Source of the DNA: Octopus vulgaris
Lineage: Eukaryota
Length of the DNA: 64,000 bases
NCBI GenBank assembly: GCA_951406725.2
Contig: OX597833.1
Coordinates: 19,034,001-19,098,000, forward strand
Direction: 5' to 3'
This document shows positions 1 to 11,628 of this stretch, piece by piece. The position numbers and the translations under genes were made by a program. The notes under the pieces were generated by a model. That model was not told where the DNA came from, made no database searches, and saw only the letters and a program-made list of their open reading frames with translations. How positions within the stretch are numbered: the stretch's first letter is position 1; each line of letters starts with the position of its first letter.

Positions 1-880
1 TAATACTGCACTTCTACATTTCATTCCGGAAGCAACACACACACACACACACAGGTGTAGAGACATGGCTGTGTGATTAAGAAGCTGGCTTTGCAACCAC
101 ATGGGTTCCATGGCATCTTGGAAAGTGTCACCTATTATAACACTTGGCTTGACCAATATCTAGTGAGTGAATGTGGTAGATAAAGCTCATCATATACACA
201 GAGAGAGATCCAATAGAATAAGTACAAGGTTTAAAAACAAAAAACAAAGCACTGGGGTTGATGTGTTCAATTAAAAACCCTTCAAGGTGGTGCTCCAGCA
301 TGACCACAGTGAAATGACTGAAACAAGTAAAAAAATAAAAGATAAAGGTATATAATGTTTTCTTACAATTTCCTCTATACTTTTCTCCATACATACATAT
401 GTATGCATATATATGCACACACACACACACAACATAGCAGGACCAATATGAAGAGAGAAATGCTTAAATATTGAGGTGAAGATTTTTTTTAGTCCATCAT
501 TGTCAAAAGATAACCACATATATATATATTTGCCAACAAATACACTGAAATGAGACATGAACACCACAAAAAGGAGGAGTCCTAGGGTACTCTGGATACC
601 TTGAGAATACATTGGTTTTATATATATATCATCATCATCGATTAACGTCCGTTCTCCATGCTAGCATGGGTTGGACGGTTCGACTGGGGATCTGGGAAGC
701 CAAAAGGCTGCACCAGGCTCCAGTCTGATCTGGCAGTTTCTACAGCTGGATGCCCTTCCTAACACCAACCAGGAAGGGCATCCAGCTGTAGAAACACTGC
801 CAGATCAGATATATATATAACCATGATAGATCGTTAACCACTATACACATTTTTTTTCTCTCCTTGTTTTTTCTGTGTAC

Positions 881-916
881 CTTTCTGTAGAAGAGCATAG
901 GCTCGAAACGTAAAAG
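881..916 (+). ncRNA. Variant minimal hammerhead motif (CUGUAGA core) in a ~190-bp (TA)n-flanked repeat
   Basis: cttt-CTGTAGA-a-gagc atag gctc-GAAA-CGT-A-aaag. The same repeat and core variant occur at 21756-21790. Confidence 0.6.
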
Positions 917-1039
917 ACTTTTTCTATTCCTGAGCATTATACTAATACATCCGTTTGTCTTGTACACCACCTGTCTTCGTCTTTTGTTTTTGTTTGTAAA
1001 CTCTCCCTATATATATATAACAGGACCAATATTAAGAAT

Positions 1040-2760
1040 GAGAGAGATCCTTAAATGTTGAGGTGAAGATTTTTTTTAGTCCATCATTGTTGAGGTGAGG
1101 AAATGAGACATGAATACTCCAAAAAGGGAGCATCCTAGGGTGTTCTGGACACTGTGAGCATGTATCAGCTGTCTGCCAGATGATTAAAGAAACGAAGAGG
1201 AACAACCCTCTTTCAGTAATATGGTTAGATTTTGTCAAAGCTTGTTTATGTGTGTCCTACCAGCTTACTCAAAGTGCATTGGAGTACTAGCAAGTACTAT
1301 TGCTTTTGTACATGGATTCATTGAAGATGAGGTTCACTGAGGGAAATTTCACCACCAAATGGCAGACCCAAGAAGGTATTATGGCAAGGCACACAATAAC
1401 CATGGTCCTGTTTCTAGCTGCTGTGACCCTACAGCTAGAGGTGGGAAGAATGCAGTCTGGAGGCCCAGAAACTGATGAATATACAAGGCTTGCAATCTAC
1501 AGGAACTTCAGGCACTGGCATAACTGTGTGGTTAAGAAGCTCACTTTGCAACTGTACGGTCTGGGGTTCAATCTCATTGTGCAGTATCTTGGGTAAATGT
1601 CTTCAAATACAGCTCTGGGCCAACCAATACCTTGCAAATAAGAATCTGTGTGTGTGTGCGCGTGATCCTCACTACCACTTAACAACTGGTGTTAGTTTAT
1701 TTAGGTCCCTATAATATAGCAGTTCAGCAAAAGAGATTGATAGAGTACAAGATTTTAAAATAAGTATTGTGGTAGATTTGTATTTCACAGTTCTATATTT
1801 AAGAGATGAGGAATTATGTGCGTTATTTACAATTGACGGATATTTGTCCTCATCTTGTTTGTTGTTAAGACAGCATTTCAGCTGATATACCCTCCAGCTT
1901 TCATCGGGTGTCTTGGGGAAATTTCGAACCTGGGTTCTCATTCCTAAGGTATTTTTCGATGTTGTTGTTGTTATTATTATTATTCAGGTTACTGTCTGGA
2001 ATCAAACTTGGAATCTTGGGGTTAGTAGCCACGCTCTTAACCACTACGCCATAAGCCAGGCATATGGCGTAGTGGTTAAGAGCACAGGCTACTAACCCCA
2101 AGATTCCAAGTTCAATTTCAGGCAGTGACTTGAATAAATGATGATAATAATATCATCGGCATAAAAATACCTTAGGAATGAGAACCCAAGTTTGAAATTC
2201 CACCAGGACACCTGATGAAGACTGAAATGTTGTGGTAACAACAAACAAGATGAGGATACCTATCTGCCAAATGTAAATAATTCCTCATCTCAGGAATAGT
2301 CTGCTACTTGAGAGGTTTAAGGTGTGGTGCTTCCAGTACAACATCCTATCTAAACTGCAGTGGTTATCCTACTTTATGACTTCCTCCTTGGTGCAATAAA
2401 TTTATGTGAAGATGGCTGGGTATTTCCCTAAATTACAGCTCAACCCTTACAGTAAGACCTCCAAGCTCCACTTACCAGTGCTAGAAGAATTCAAAGCCAC
2501 CAAGTCAAGAGGTGGTAGTGCATTGCTACAATCTGAGGAAGAGTGAATCAGGCACACCAGCAAGACCATAAACCAGGAAATTAAAGCTCTAGGAAGCTGT
2601 GGAGATTGTTTGGGTCAGCCATCAAAGATGGACTACGAAACAATTTATACCAGCAAGAGTTGGAGCAATGTCAAAGCAATGTCAATACCAGGGACAGAGG
2701 GTTTGTAATGCAGAAGGTTCAGGCACATGAGAAGGAAATTCCGAAGTACTGATTAGCAAT
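1040..2760 (+). mobile_element. Fragmented non-LTR retrotransposon (Hero-like), split by later insertions
   Basis: LDFVKA (~1226), WQTQEGIMARHTITMVLFLAAV (~1360) and RWLGIS...SKLHLPVLEEFKATKSR (~2410) resemble RT and C-terminal segments of Hero-type elements. Confidence 0.5.
1791..2291. mobile_element. Head-to-head inverted pair of a tRNA-headed, hammerhead-bearing SINE-like element (family H)
   Basis: Arms 1791-2053 (-) and 2063-2291 (+) are reverse complements around a 9-nt centre. Each arm has a tRNA-like head (tggcgtagtggttaagagc...gttcrattcc-like), an (AAT)n/(AAC)n linker and a degenerate hammerhead core. Confidence 0.85.
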
Positions 2761-3139
2761 ATATATATATAATCTTAGATACACACACACATATACAACT
2801 TGACCATATATCAGGTAGCCTGAAGGCAACATACTCTTAGGAATGTCAAACCAAGAACAAAATTAAGTATAATCTCTGTGTGATCTCAAGGATGTAATGC
2901 TTAAAGAACAAAAACACAAATTATACAGTTTCCAAGAAGTTAAAGGAAAGATGGAGATGCATTGTGCAACAAAATGGTTCGTATTTGGTTGATTAAAAAT
3001 GTAACGGCAAGTATTTATCGACCTTTTTCTTTCCTTTAAAAAATCAGTACAAACTTTCTGGACAGCCCAATACAAAACTACCCGAGTGCAATATATAAAT
3101 GGGCTAAAGAAAACACCATGCAGTTCAATGCTGAAAATT

Positions 3140-3720
3140 TTCAGGCACTTAGCTATCAGCCACAAACAGATTGCAATCAGAATATAGAAAACCAGTGAGT
3201 ATTGCAATCCTGGAGTCACAGTTGGTGCATTACCTTGGAATCTACATGAGTGATGAGGCGTCATTCTATATGCATATTGTGAAGAAGGCAACAAGGTGCT
3301 GGCAAATGGTTGCTTGGATTCTGAGATCATTCAGAACAATGAAAAAAAGAAACCTTGTTAATCCAACACTACTACACTGAGAAGACTGCATTAGTGAAAC
3401 AGATGAGCTACAGGGAGAGGATAAAGGAGCTGAGGCTCTAATACCTACAGCAAAGATGTGAAGGATGTGCAGTAAGATATACATGGAAGACCCAGGAGGG
3501 TTTAGCACTTTCTACCTAGAGTAAGGACGTAATACTGAAACAGTTTCGAGTTCAAAGGCCCTGCCAGAAAACCCTCAGAGATCTACGAGATGTAGATGTG
3601 GAGGTGTTCTAAGAATGTTTAGACAATTTTTATCTGAAATAACAACTGATCCCACACTGCAGCAAGAAACGCGAAGAAGAAAAGCTTTGTCTATCTCATA
3701 ATTTCACCAGAACCAATTCC
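3140..3720 (+). mobile_element. CR1/L2-type LINE 3' fragment
   Basis: VHYLGIYMSDEASFYMHIVKKATRCWQMVAWILRSFRTMKK is a typical CR1-group post-RT motif. Confidence 0.6.
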
Positions 3721-4002
3721 AGAGAAAGGGCTGGGAAGTAAATTTGAAGTAAACATGCAACCATCCTAATGATGATGTCCCAGCATGGCCACAGCCTCTG
3801 GCTGAAACCAATAAAATACAAAAAATAAAATAAAAAATACATATGTATAACAAGTAAAAAAAAAAAAAAAAAGAAGTTACTAGTGTCACAATTAGTCTTT
3901 GGTTACAACTGTTTCGACAACATATGGATTGGATAATCAATTAACAAGATGGAAAATATGAATATAAACAATGGCTATGTAATATCAAATCTTATTACAC
4001 AT

Positions 4003-4412
4003 ATGTGAGTGAGAACACTTTGAGATATTTTTGGTATCTAACATATGTCAGATACTGCGAGCGCTGCTTCTGATTGGTCAATCCATGGTGATGACCCGAG
4101 GTCACGGTGACAGCGCTGCTTCTGATTGGTCAATCCATGGTGATGACCCGAGGTCACGGTGACGGCACTACTTTTGTCATTCATAAGTTACAACTAAACG
4201 TGAAGAATTTAGTTATTGGGTTAATAAAATATGGTCGTTTATTCGTGTGTAATAAATAAAATACCAAACTCATTCCCTATGGATACCATATTTATTACAA
4301 CGAGTGGCTTGTAAACGTATCTAACTCACTTTCGCTCGTTAGATACGTTTACAAGCCACTCGTTGTAATAAATACGGTATCCATAGGGAACTCGTTTGGT
4401 ATTCTCTATATA
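4003..4412. mobile_element. Non-autonomous element with a 52-bp tandem duplication and a terminal ~144-nt hairpin (CryptonV-like)
   Basis: 52-bp unit twice (4061-4164). Hairpin 4260-4403 has a perfect 37-bp core and ctc/ctc-type internal mismatches, and ends in ttctctata. Family assignment is by resemblance only. Confidence 0.5.
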
Positions 4413-4617
4413 TTAAATATAACCTATAGTCATTTCTTCATGACAGAATGAATAAATTAATACTAGGAAACTGGGATAAATTTACTTATATATATTGATA
4501 CAAATAATTTGGTGGAAGTAGTAGGGGCTATAGTCAAGTAGTGAGGAAACATCCACTTGGACATGTAAATAAAATAAAGTTTTAGGAGGCATATGGGGTC
4601 TCATTTCATAAGATTAA

Positions 4618-4834
4618 CCATTTAGCATTCAGGTTATTCTATCAAATATATTGCTTATTTATTGACACTATTTTGAATTAACCATGCATTATGCCACAGC
4701 TCTGAGATTTTGATGAGGTAGCAGTTAATTTTTAGAATGATATTTGCAAGGTAGGTGTGAGGGGCCAAATCCAGCCAGTTTGAACATGAAACAGAATATT
4801 TTGGCTTGATATGGCTGGTTTAAGTGCTAAAGGG
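4618..4834 (+). mobile_element. piggyBac-like MITE family B (~220 bp), representative copy
   Basis: TTAA-CCATTTAGCATT...TGCTAAAGGG-TTAA. Other copies at 16093-16304, 45197-45418 and 48798-49018. Confidence 0.8.
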
Positions 4835-5359
4835 TTAATTTTGAAGCAGAACCTATTGATTAATATATATATATATATATATATATATTAGTATATATAT
4901 ATACTAAAACAGTTGTTTAGCTGATAAAAGGAAAGCAGTATTTAAATATCTGCATACAGAGCAATGGTTTTCAACTGCAGCTCCCAGGGTTGAATATTAG
5001 CTTAAGCATCCTTCCAGCAACCCCTGACAGTCTTCCTTCTATAAATATTATTTTTCTTTAATCCTTTCATTACCAACCTGGCTGAAACCGGCTCTGGCTC
5101 TGAGTACAAATGTCTTATTTTCATAAGTTTTGAATTAAAATCTTCCACCAAACCTTAGTCCCAATTTATGTTCCGAACACTAGCTTAATGATAACTAAGT
5201 TATTTTACTAATTTCTTTGTTATATTTAAAATAATTGAAAGAAACACAGAGCATTTTGTTTATTTTTAGAATGACAATGTAGGGTGTATGTGTGAGGGGT
5301 GAGATCTGGCCAGTTTGAACATAAAACTGATAGAATATGGCTGGATATGACTGGTTTAA

Positions 5360-5580
5360 CCCTTTCATTACCAACCCGGCTGAAACCGCCTCTGGCTCTG
5401 AGTACAAATGTCTTATTTTCATTAGTTTTGAATTAAAATCTTCCACCAAACCTTAGTCCCAATTTATGTTCCTAACACCAGCTTAATGATAACTAAGTTA
5501 TTTTACTAAATTCTTTGTTATATTTAAAGTAATTTGAAAGATTCACAGAGCATCTCAAAATAAATACAGTAACGAAAGGG
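5360..5580 (+). mobile_element. piggyBac-like MITE family A (~220 bp), representative copy
   Basis: TTAA-CCCTTTC...GAAAGGG-TTAA ends. Other copies at 15734-15957, 30664-30884, 36783-37003 and 45423-45634; partial copies at 5062-5255, 37108-37302 and 46058-46138. Confidence 0.85.
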
Positions 5581-6349
5581 TTAATTGATTTGTGTTTTGC
5601 TTTTCGGGAATTAAAAAAAATATTGAGGTTTTGGATCTGGTCTGGATAATAAAAAAAGGGCCAGAACCACTGATATAAAGAGGTCAGAAATTAACTGTGA
5701 TGAGCATTTCCAGAGTAGCTTCAAAGAAAACAGTAATGACCAGAGAGAAAGAGGAAAAAGTAAAGAAAGAAGATAGAAAGAAAAAAATAAAAGAAAGAAT
5801 AGGATAAATTGATTGAAAGGGTTAAACACAAACATGTAGAGAGGTTTAGATGAAAAGGAATAGTGAAGGGGCCAAATGATTGGTAGAAATTTAGTATAAG
5901 GAGTCAGACAGTCAAAACATAATACCAAAAAGAAAAAACATGGCACCTTGGGCAAGTGTCTTCTATTATAGCCTTGGGCAGACCAAAGTCTTGATAGTGG
6001 AAACTGAAGGAAACTTGTCGTGCGTGTATGTGTGTGTTTTTGTGTCTGTGTTCATTTCTCCACCTTCACCTAACATTCAATGTTGATGTGTTTATGCCCC
6101 CGTAACTTAGCAGTTCGGCAAAAGAGACCGATAGAATAAGTACTAGGCTTACAAAGAATAAGTCCTGGGGTCGATTTCTTCGACTAAAACCCTTTAAGGC
6201 GGTGCTCCAGCATGGCCGCAGTCAAATGACTGAAACAAGTAAAAGAATAAAAGAATAGTAAACAAGAAATAACAATTCATAATTAAAGATTAATTAAAAA
6301 AAAATTAATGTTAAGTGCATATATGTATGTATCATCATCATCGTTTAAT

Positions 6350-6385
<36 letters not shown>

Positions 6386-6486
6386 AATCCAGTTGAATTA
6401 GGTACTTAAGTTGAAGCACCAGATAAGTGCAGTATTATCCGTACAACTCAAATTAAGGTGAATAAAATCAAAATAAGCAACAGGAT

Positions 6487-7036
6487 ATCAAGAGGTGATG
6501 CAGTACAACTGTTTCAAGTAGCTCCGTTTAATTGAACAATGCAATCATTACATCAGTTTAAATGCAGGCCTATCCTCAGCTGCCTAAATAAATATAATTT
6601 TTTTATCAGTTAGACACATTAATATAATTTTTACTCAAATGCTCTAATAGAGTAAGAATATGGAAAATGTCCATGTTGCCACTAATGTAGCTAAGAATAT
6701 ACTACATTAAGTTTGTTAATGGATTTGGTAGTGGATTTGATAATAAGACTAATAAAATGAACCACAATCCTTTACAAGCTATGACCCCCAACAAACTTCA
6801 TACAGTTCTTAGAAGTGTAGTATATTCTTAACTACATTAGTGGCAACATGGACTCTTTCCCTAATCTTGCTCTATTAGAACATTTGAGTAAAATTATATG
6901 CGTCCAACTAATTAAAAAATTCTATTTGTTTATTTATGCAGCTGAGGACAGCCCTATATGTAAATTGATGTAATGGTTGCATTGTTCAATTACATGGAGC
7001 CTCTTCAAATGGTTGTACTGCATCATCTGTTGATGA
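6487..7036. repeat. Diverged inverted repeat (~220-bp arms, 6487-6707 and 6816-7036), each arm carrying a hammerhead motif
   Basis: For example, gtccatgttgccactaatgtagctaagaatatactaca versus tgtagtatattcttaactacattagtggcaacatggac. Confidence 0.85.
6500..6583 (-). ncRNA. Hammerhead ribozyme motif with long stem II
   Basis: Minus strand gcag-CTGAGGA-[~57-nt irregular hairpin]-GAAA-c agtt g-TA-ctgc. The mirror copy at 6938-7021 (+) has GAAA changed to CAAA. Confidence 0.7.
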
Positions 7037-7182
7037 TAATTTTTCCACTTTAATAATTTGATGTTTACAAAAGGTGTTCTCTGATCGAAGTTTCTTGCTT
7101 GAAATTGGTCTTCAAACTGTGAATTTAGAGTTTATTTTTTGCTTAAATAGTGTTTGATTACATGCATACACATATGCACATA

Positions 7183-8415
7183 CAAGGGCTGGACAAAATA
7201 ATGAAAACACCTACCATCATAATTTTGAAATATCTATAAAACCGTCAAAAGCTTGTTTATTTATTTTTTATTTATCTTTTATTAGTGTTGCTTAATATGT
7301 TTTGCTAAAATTGCTGTTTCTTTACAGATATCATCAGAAAAAGGTAATTAAAATTCATTAAAATGACAGAGCTATCAGACTTTCAAAGAGGTCAAATTGT
7401 TGGTGCTCGTATGGCAGGTGCTAGCATAATGAAAACAGCTGAAATGTTTGGTGTATCAAGAGGTATTGTCTCGAAAGTAATGACAGCCTTTGAGAAAGAG
7501 GGAAAAAAAAACCTCCTCATCAAAACTCCAGAAGAAAACCAAAACTTTCAGATAGGGACCGTTGGACCCTTACGCGAATTGCTAGAAAGCATCACAAAAG
7601 TACAACTCCCCAAATTACTGCAGAGCTTAAAGACCACCTAAAAAACCCAGTTTCCACAAAAACTGTTCACCGGGAGCTGCACAAAACTCGATTTCATGGG
7701 AGGACTGCAATCAGAAAACCACTACTTTCAAACACAAACGTTGCAAAGCGTTTAGAGTGGAGTAAAATTGGTCCATAGAGCAGTGGAAGAATGTTATTTT
7801 CTCGGACAAGTCATCCTTTACCTTATTTCCGACTACCAGCCAAGTATACATGTGGAGACAGTCAAAAGAAGCATTTGACCCAGACTGCCTTCTTTCAACT
7901 GTTAAACATGGAGGAGGATCTGTGATGATCTGGGGGGTTTATATCTTGGAAATCTGCCAGTCCAATGGTTTCCCTTCATGGCAGAATTAATAGTCAAGAC
8001 TAAGCATTTTATCTGATCAAATTCATCCTATGGTTGCAGAACTGTTTCCGGAGGGAAACACAATCTTTCAGGATGATAATGTCCCAATTCACACAGCTAA
8101 AGCTGTTACTGAATGGCACGCAGAACATTCTTATCTGGCCACCACAGCCCCCAGATCTCAATATTATTGAACATTTATGGTGCATTTTAGAAAAACAAGT
8201 AAGGAGTCAATATCCTCCAAATTCATCACTCCAAGAACTGGAGAATGTTTTAGTTGAAGAATGGACAAAAATTCCTTTGGAAACAATTCAAACTTTGTAC
8301 ACGTTCATACCTCATAGAATTCAAGCTGTAATTACTGCCAAAGGTGGTCCTACCCCATATTAATATAAATTTGTTTGAAATTCTAAGGTGTTTCCTTTAT
8401 TTTGCCTAACCCCTG
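7183..8415 (+). mobile_element. Tc1-like DNA transposon, full length, transposase frameshifted
   Basis: ~30-bp imperfect TIRs (caagggctggacaaaataatgaaaacacct / aggtgtttcctttattttgcctaacccctg) flanked by TA. ORF fragments MTELSDFQRGQIVGARMAGASI (HTH), KHGGGSVMIWG, FQDDN and WPPQPPDLNIIEHLW...GGPTPY (DD34E type). Confidence 0.95.
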
Positions 8416-9369
8416 TACATAAGAACATATACCCACATACACCCACACACACACAAGGGTAAGATCCAGGGATCCAAGTGTCGGAAATCTGTAAGCTTCA
8501 AGCAGTCCATGGCAGGACTGCTTGAAGCTTACAAAGTGGACAGTGTACAATAAGGAACAATGCAGTGAGTTAACTTGGAAATTCGAAGCAACAATATAAC
8601 CTTCATTTAATTAAGGTATTCTCAGCCTGATGATTAGCTAGGTTGAGTACCCCTCATTGAGTGACTATTACATCAAAGGATCACCTATCGAAAAAAATAT
8701 GTAGCCTGGATTTTACCTTTTCCACTCCTTCAATTTAGATGTGTGTGTGTTTGTGTCCCCTTGTCTTGACATCTTGTGGTAGTTGTAAATAAGAGTCACT
8801 TACATACAAGCAGTGTCATTCATTTCCAATATTCCGCAAGAACATGTCTGGCCATGGTGAATTATTACCTTGCTTGCAAACAGGCAAGGGTTTACGACAT
8901 GAAGGGCATCCAGCAGTAGAGGGTTCTGCCCCAATAAACTCCATCCAATCCATGCCAGCATGGAAAAGAGGATGGTAAAACAGTGATGAAATGAGGTAAT
9001 TAAGCTGATGTGTTGTTCTGATGAACCATGGAGTTTATATGCATTATGAAAGGGCAAGTGCTATAGCAGAAGGTCTTTTTTTTTAATAAAACTGGTATAT
9101 TTAAAAAAATTCAAGATTACATATGGTCTAGGTTTTACCACATTTTGAATTTTAGTAATCAATAGAAGAGGCAAAAAACCCCCCAAAAAACATTGAGAGT
9201 GATTTGGTTGAGAGATCAGAGAAAGATATACACAGAAATGGAAAAGAAGGATGCACCTTTACCCAATAAAGTAAGAATAATCATTTTGAATTTATGCATA
9301 TGAATATCCATCCATCCACACACACATAAAAATGAAAGTGTGTATGTGTGAGATATCTAATGATTGAGA

Positions 9370-9660
9370 TAGAAGTATAATTTTAAACTGCTACAAAAGG
9401 AAAGGCAATGCCTTAAAGAGAATCAACTATAGAAGCAACAAACAACTGGATTAGGTTATGAAGGTCATAGAGAGAATCATAGCACAAATGATTTGTGACA
9501 GAGTAGATCTAGATGAGATGCAAACTGGTTTCATGCCTGGAAAAGGCACCACAGATGCAATCTTCTAGGTGAGGCAACTTCAGAAGTACTTGGCTAATAA
9601 CAAACTGGTATTCTTGTTTTTTTTTTAATCATGGAGTTGGAAAAAGTGTTTGATAGTTCC
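9370..9660 (+). mobile_element. RTE-clade LINE RT fragment
   Basis: LDEMQTGFMPGKGTTDAIF*VRQLQ. Further decayed RTE pieces lie at about 16640-17080, 17560-17910 and 18200-18440. Confidence 0.75.
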
Positions 9661-11257
9661 ACCAGTCATTTCTTCAGATAAGCTGTAAGAGTAATACTAG
9701 TGTACATAGCTGAATTTGGTTAGATATATATCACCAGAAAGGTGGGGACTTAAATGATCAGAGTAATAAATTAAACAGCAAGTGCAAGTTGTCACCACTA
9801 ACAGAGAAACACTTAAACAGTGGAATTATGAAGACAAAAAGTCTTATTAGTTCCCATTCATTTAATCTATTGTAAATGGCTAGGGTGACAGGCCAGGGAA
9901 CAGTAAGATTTATTGAATACATATACACTAGAGAGGTAGCAAGAAACCCAAGGGACAAAAATACAGCAGTTTACTACTAAATTCCTAGAAGTGTTGTTAA
10001 TAGGAAGAAGAGAAATATAAAGAGAAAAAAGATAAGACATGAGATGATGAAGGCAAGTAATTAGAATAAAGATACAAAATAAGGCCATAAGAATTATAGT
10101 TCAATATTAGATAATTTCCAACTGAAATTAAATAAATTTACTAATTTACTGAAGCTGCAGTACGAATTTTGTCAGTGAACAGGTCGCGGTCTCAAAGCAG
10201 CAAAAATATTTTGATAAATTAAATTTAAATGTTGAAGGGAATCTAACGGTTTTTGTGTGTTTTTAAATGGCTTATAAACACCTTCCATGCTGCAATTGTT
10301 TTTGTTTCAGCACACGATCTCAGATCATGTCACATGCTATGCAAGTACATCTCCGTAATAAATTTTTAGTTATAGAGAAAATAATTTACGCAGGAAATAT
10401 TATGATGTAGCAGACATTGTATATAGGAATACTTATGATAAAGCTGAAGTAATGCAAGTTTGCAAAATGGAATTTTCCAAGAACAGTAGGAACAATAGAT
10501 CAATAATTCATTATGCTTATTAATTAGATTAAATTTACAACTGAGAATTTCTTGTGCTTGCACCGAACACAGATTACAAGAGCCCATCCTCATTTTGTAT
10601 GAAAGTGCAGTATGTATATAACTAAGGAACCAAGTATAGAACACTACTTTCTTTCAGATCCCTGATAAATCTAGCCAGTGAAGTGCTAAGAGCTTTCCTT
10701 TTATTATTAAAGGAATGTATATAATTATGTATCTAAATTTGAATTTAGATGCCATGGCATTTATGTCAAAATGCTTTTACAGAAGATTTGAAGATAAGAG
10801 ATGAATGACAATGCTTGTACGATAGTGACACCCATTTACGACTATCACAGGATGTCAAGACAAGAAGTCAGAAACACAATTCAGCAGATAATATAGCAGC
10901 TATTAACAATAAGAAATGAAATAGCAATAACGATGTGGAGCATGCCTTTAATTATTCATGTAGTTGATACAACACTAGCTTCTCTGTAAATAATAAATAT
11001 CTAGTATAAATGATATTAGTACTTTGGGGATCACTTCCCAGCAATAACAATAATACTAATACTCTTCAGATAATAAATCTAACAGTATGTGCAAGTATAG
11101 AGATCAATATAAGTGCCTTTTAAATAATCACTGTCTTAGAAATAATTTAATATATGTTTCATAAAAGTACATATCTCCTTGTACATTGTTATCCTGGAGT
11201 CCACAGGGAGTCATGACTGAGGTATTCACACACACACACACACACATATATACATAT

Positions 11258-11628
11258 ACGAGCAAAACACCCCCACCCCGTCCAATGGACGGTGTTGAGT
11301 TGTCAAACATTTAAACCAAATTTTCTCATAACAACTTGTCCGACCATCCCATAGGCCTCCCCTTTGAGTAACATTGATTTAACCTAAATTTGAGACACCA
11401 GCAAAAGAAGAAATAAAGATAGACTCCAAAGAAAGACGATTTTATTCCCTTTATTGATCACATTCTCACCTGGAATCGATTTGTGTAATTTTTTCAAGAC
11501 TTACACACGCCCTGATACCGTTGGTATCTACATATCAAATTTGAGAACAATCGGATGGAGGATGCCCGAGGTCCTTGAAGACACACACACACACACACAG
11601 ACAGAACGGATTTTATATAATATATATA
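11258..11628 (+). mobile_element. Non-autonomous Helitron-like (Lep1/HINE-style) repeat
   Basis: atatcaaatttgagaacaatcgg, then (CA)n-cagacag, then a ttttatata end. A second copy lies in reverse orientation at about 32505-32862. Family assignment is by resemblance only. Confidence 0.55.

Noticed and set aside
724-809. Hairpin as a structured ncRNA
   Set aside because: Both arms are the same RTE 3'UTR segment in opposite orientation, consistent with an ordinary 5' inversion during retrotransposition.
10138-10358. Possible TA-flanked MITE
   Set aside because: Terminal inverted similarity is too weak and there is no second copy in the window.
10520-10650. Possible minus-strand exon of the gene starting near 26 kb
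   Set aside because: One open frame but ambiguous splice sites and no recognisable protein. The same holds for 25080-25210.
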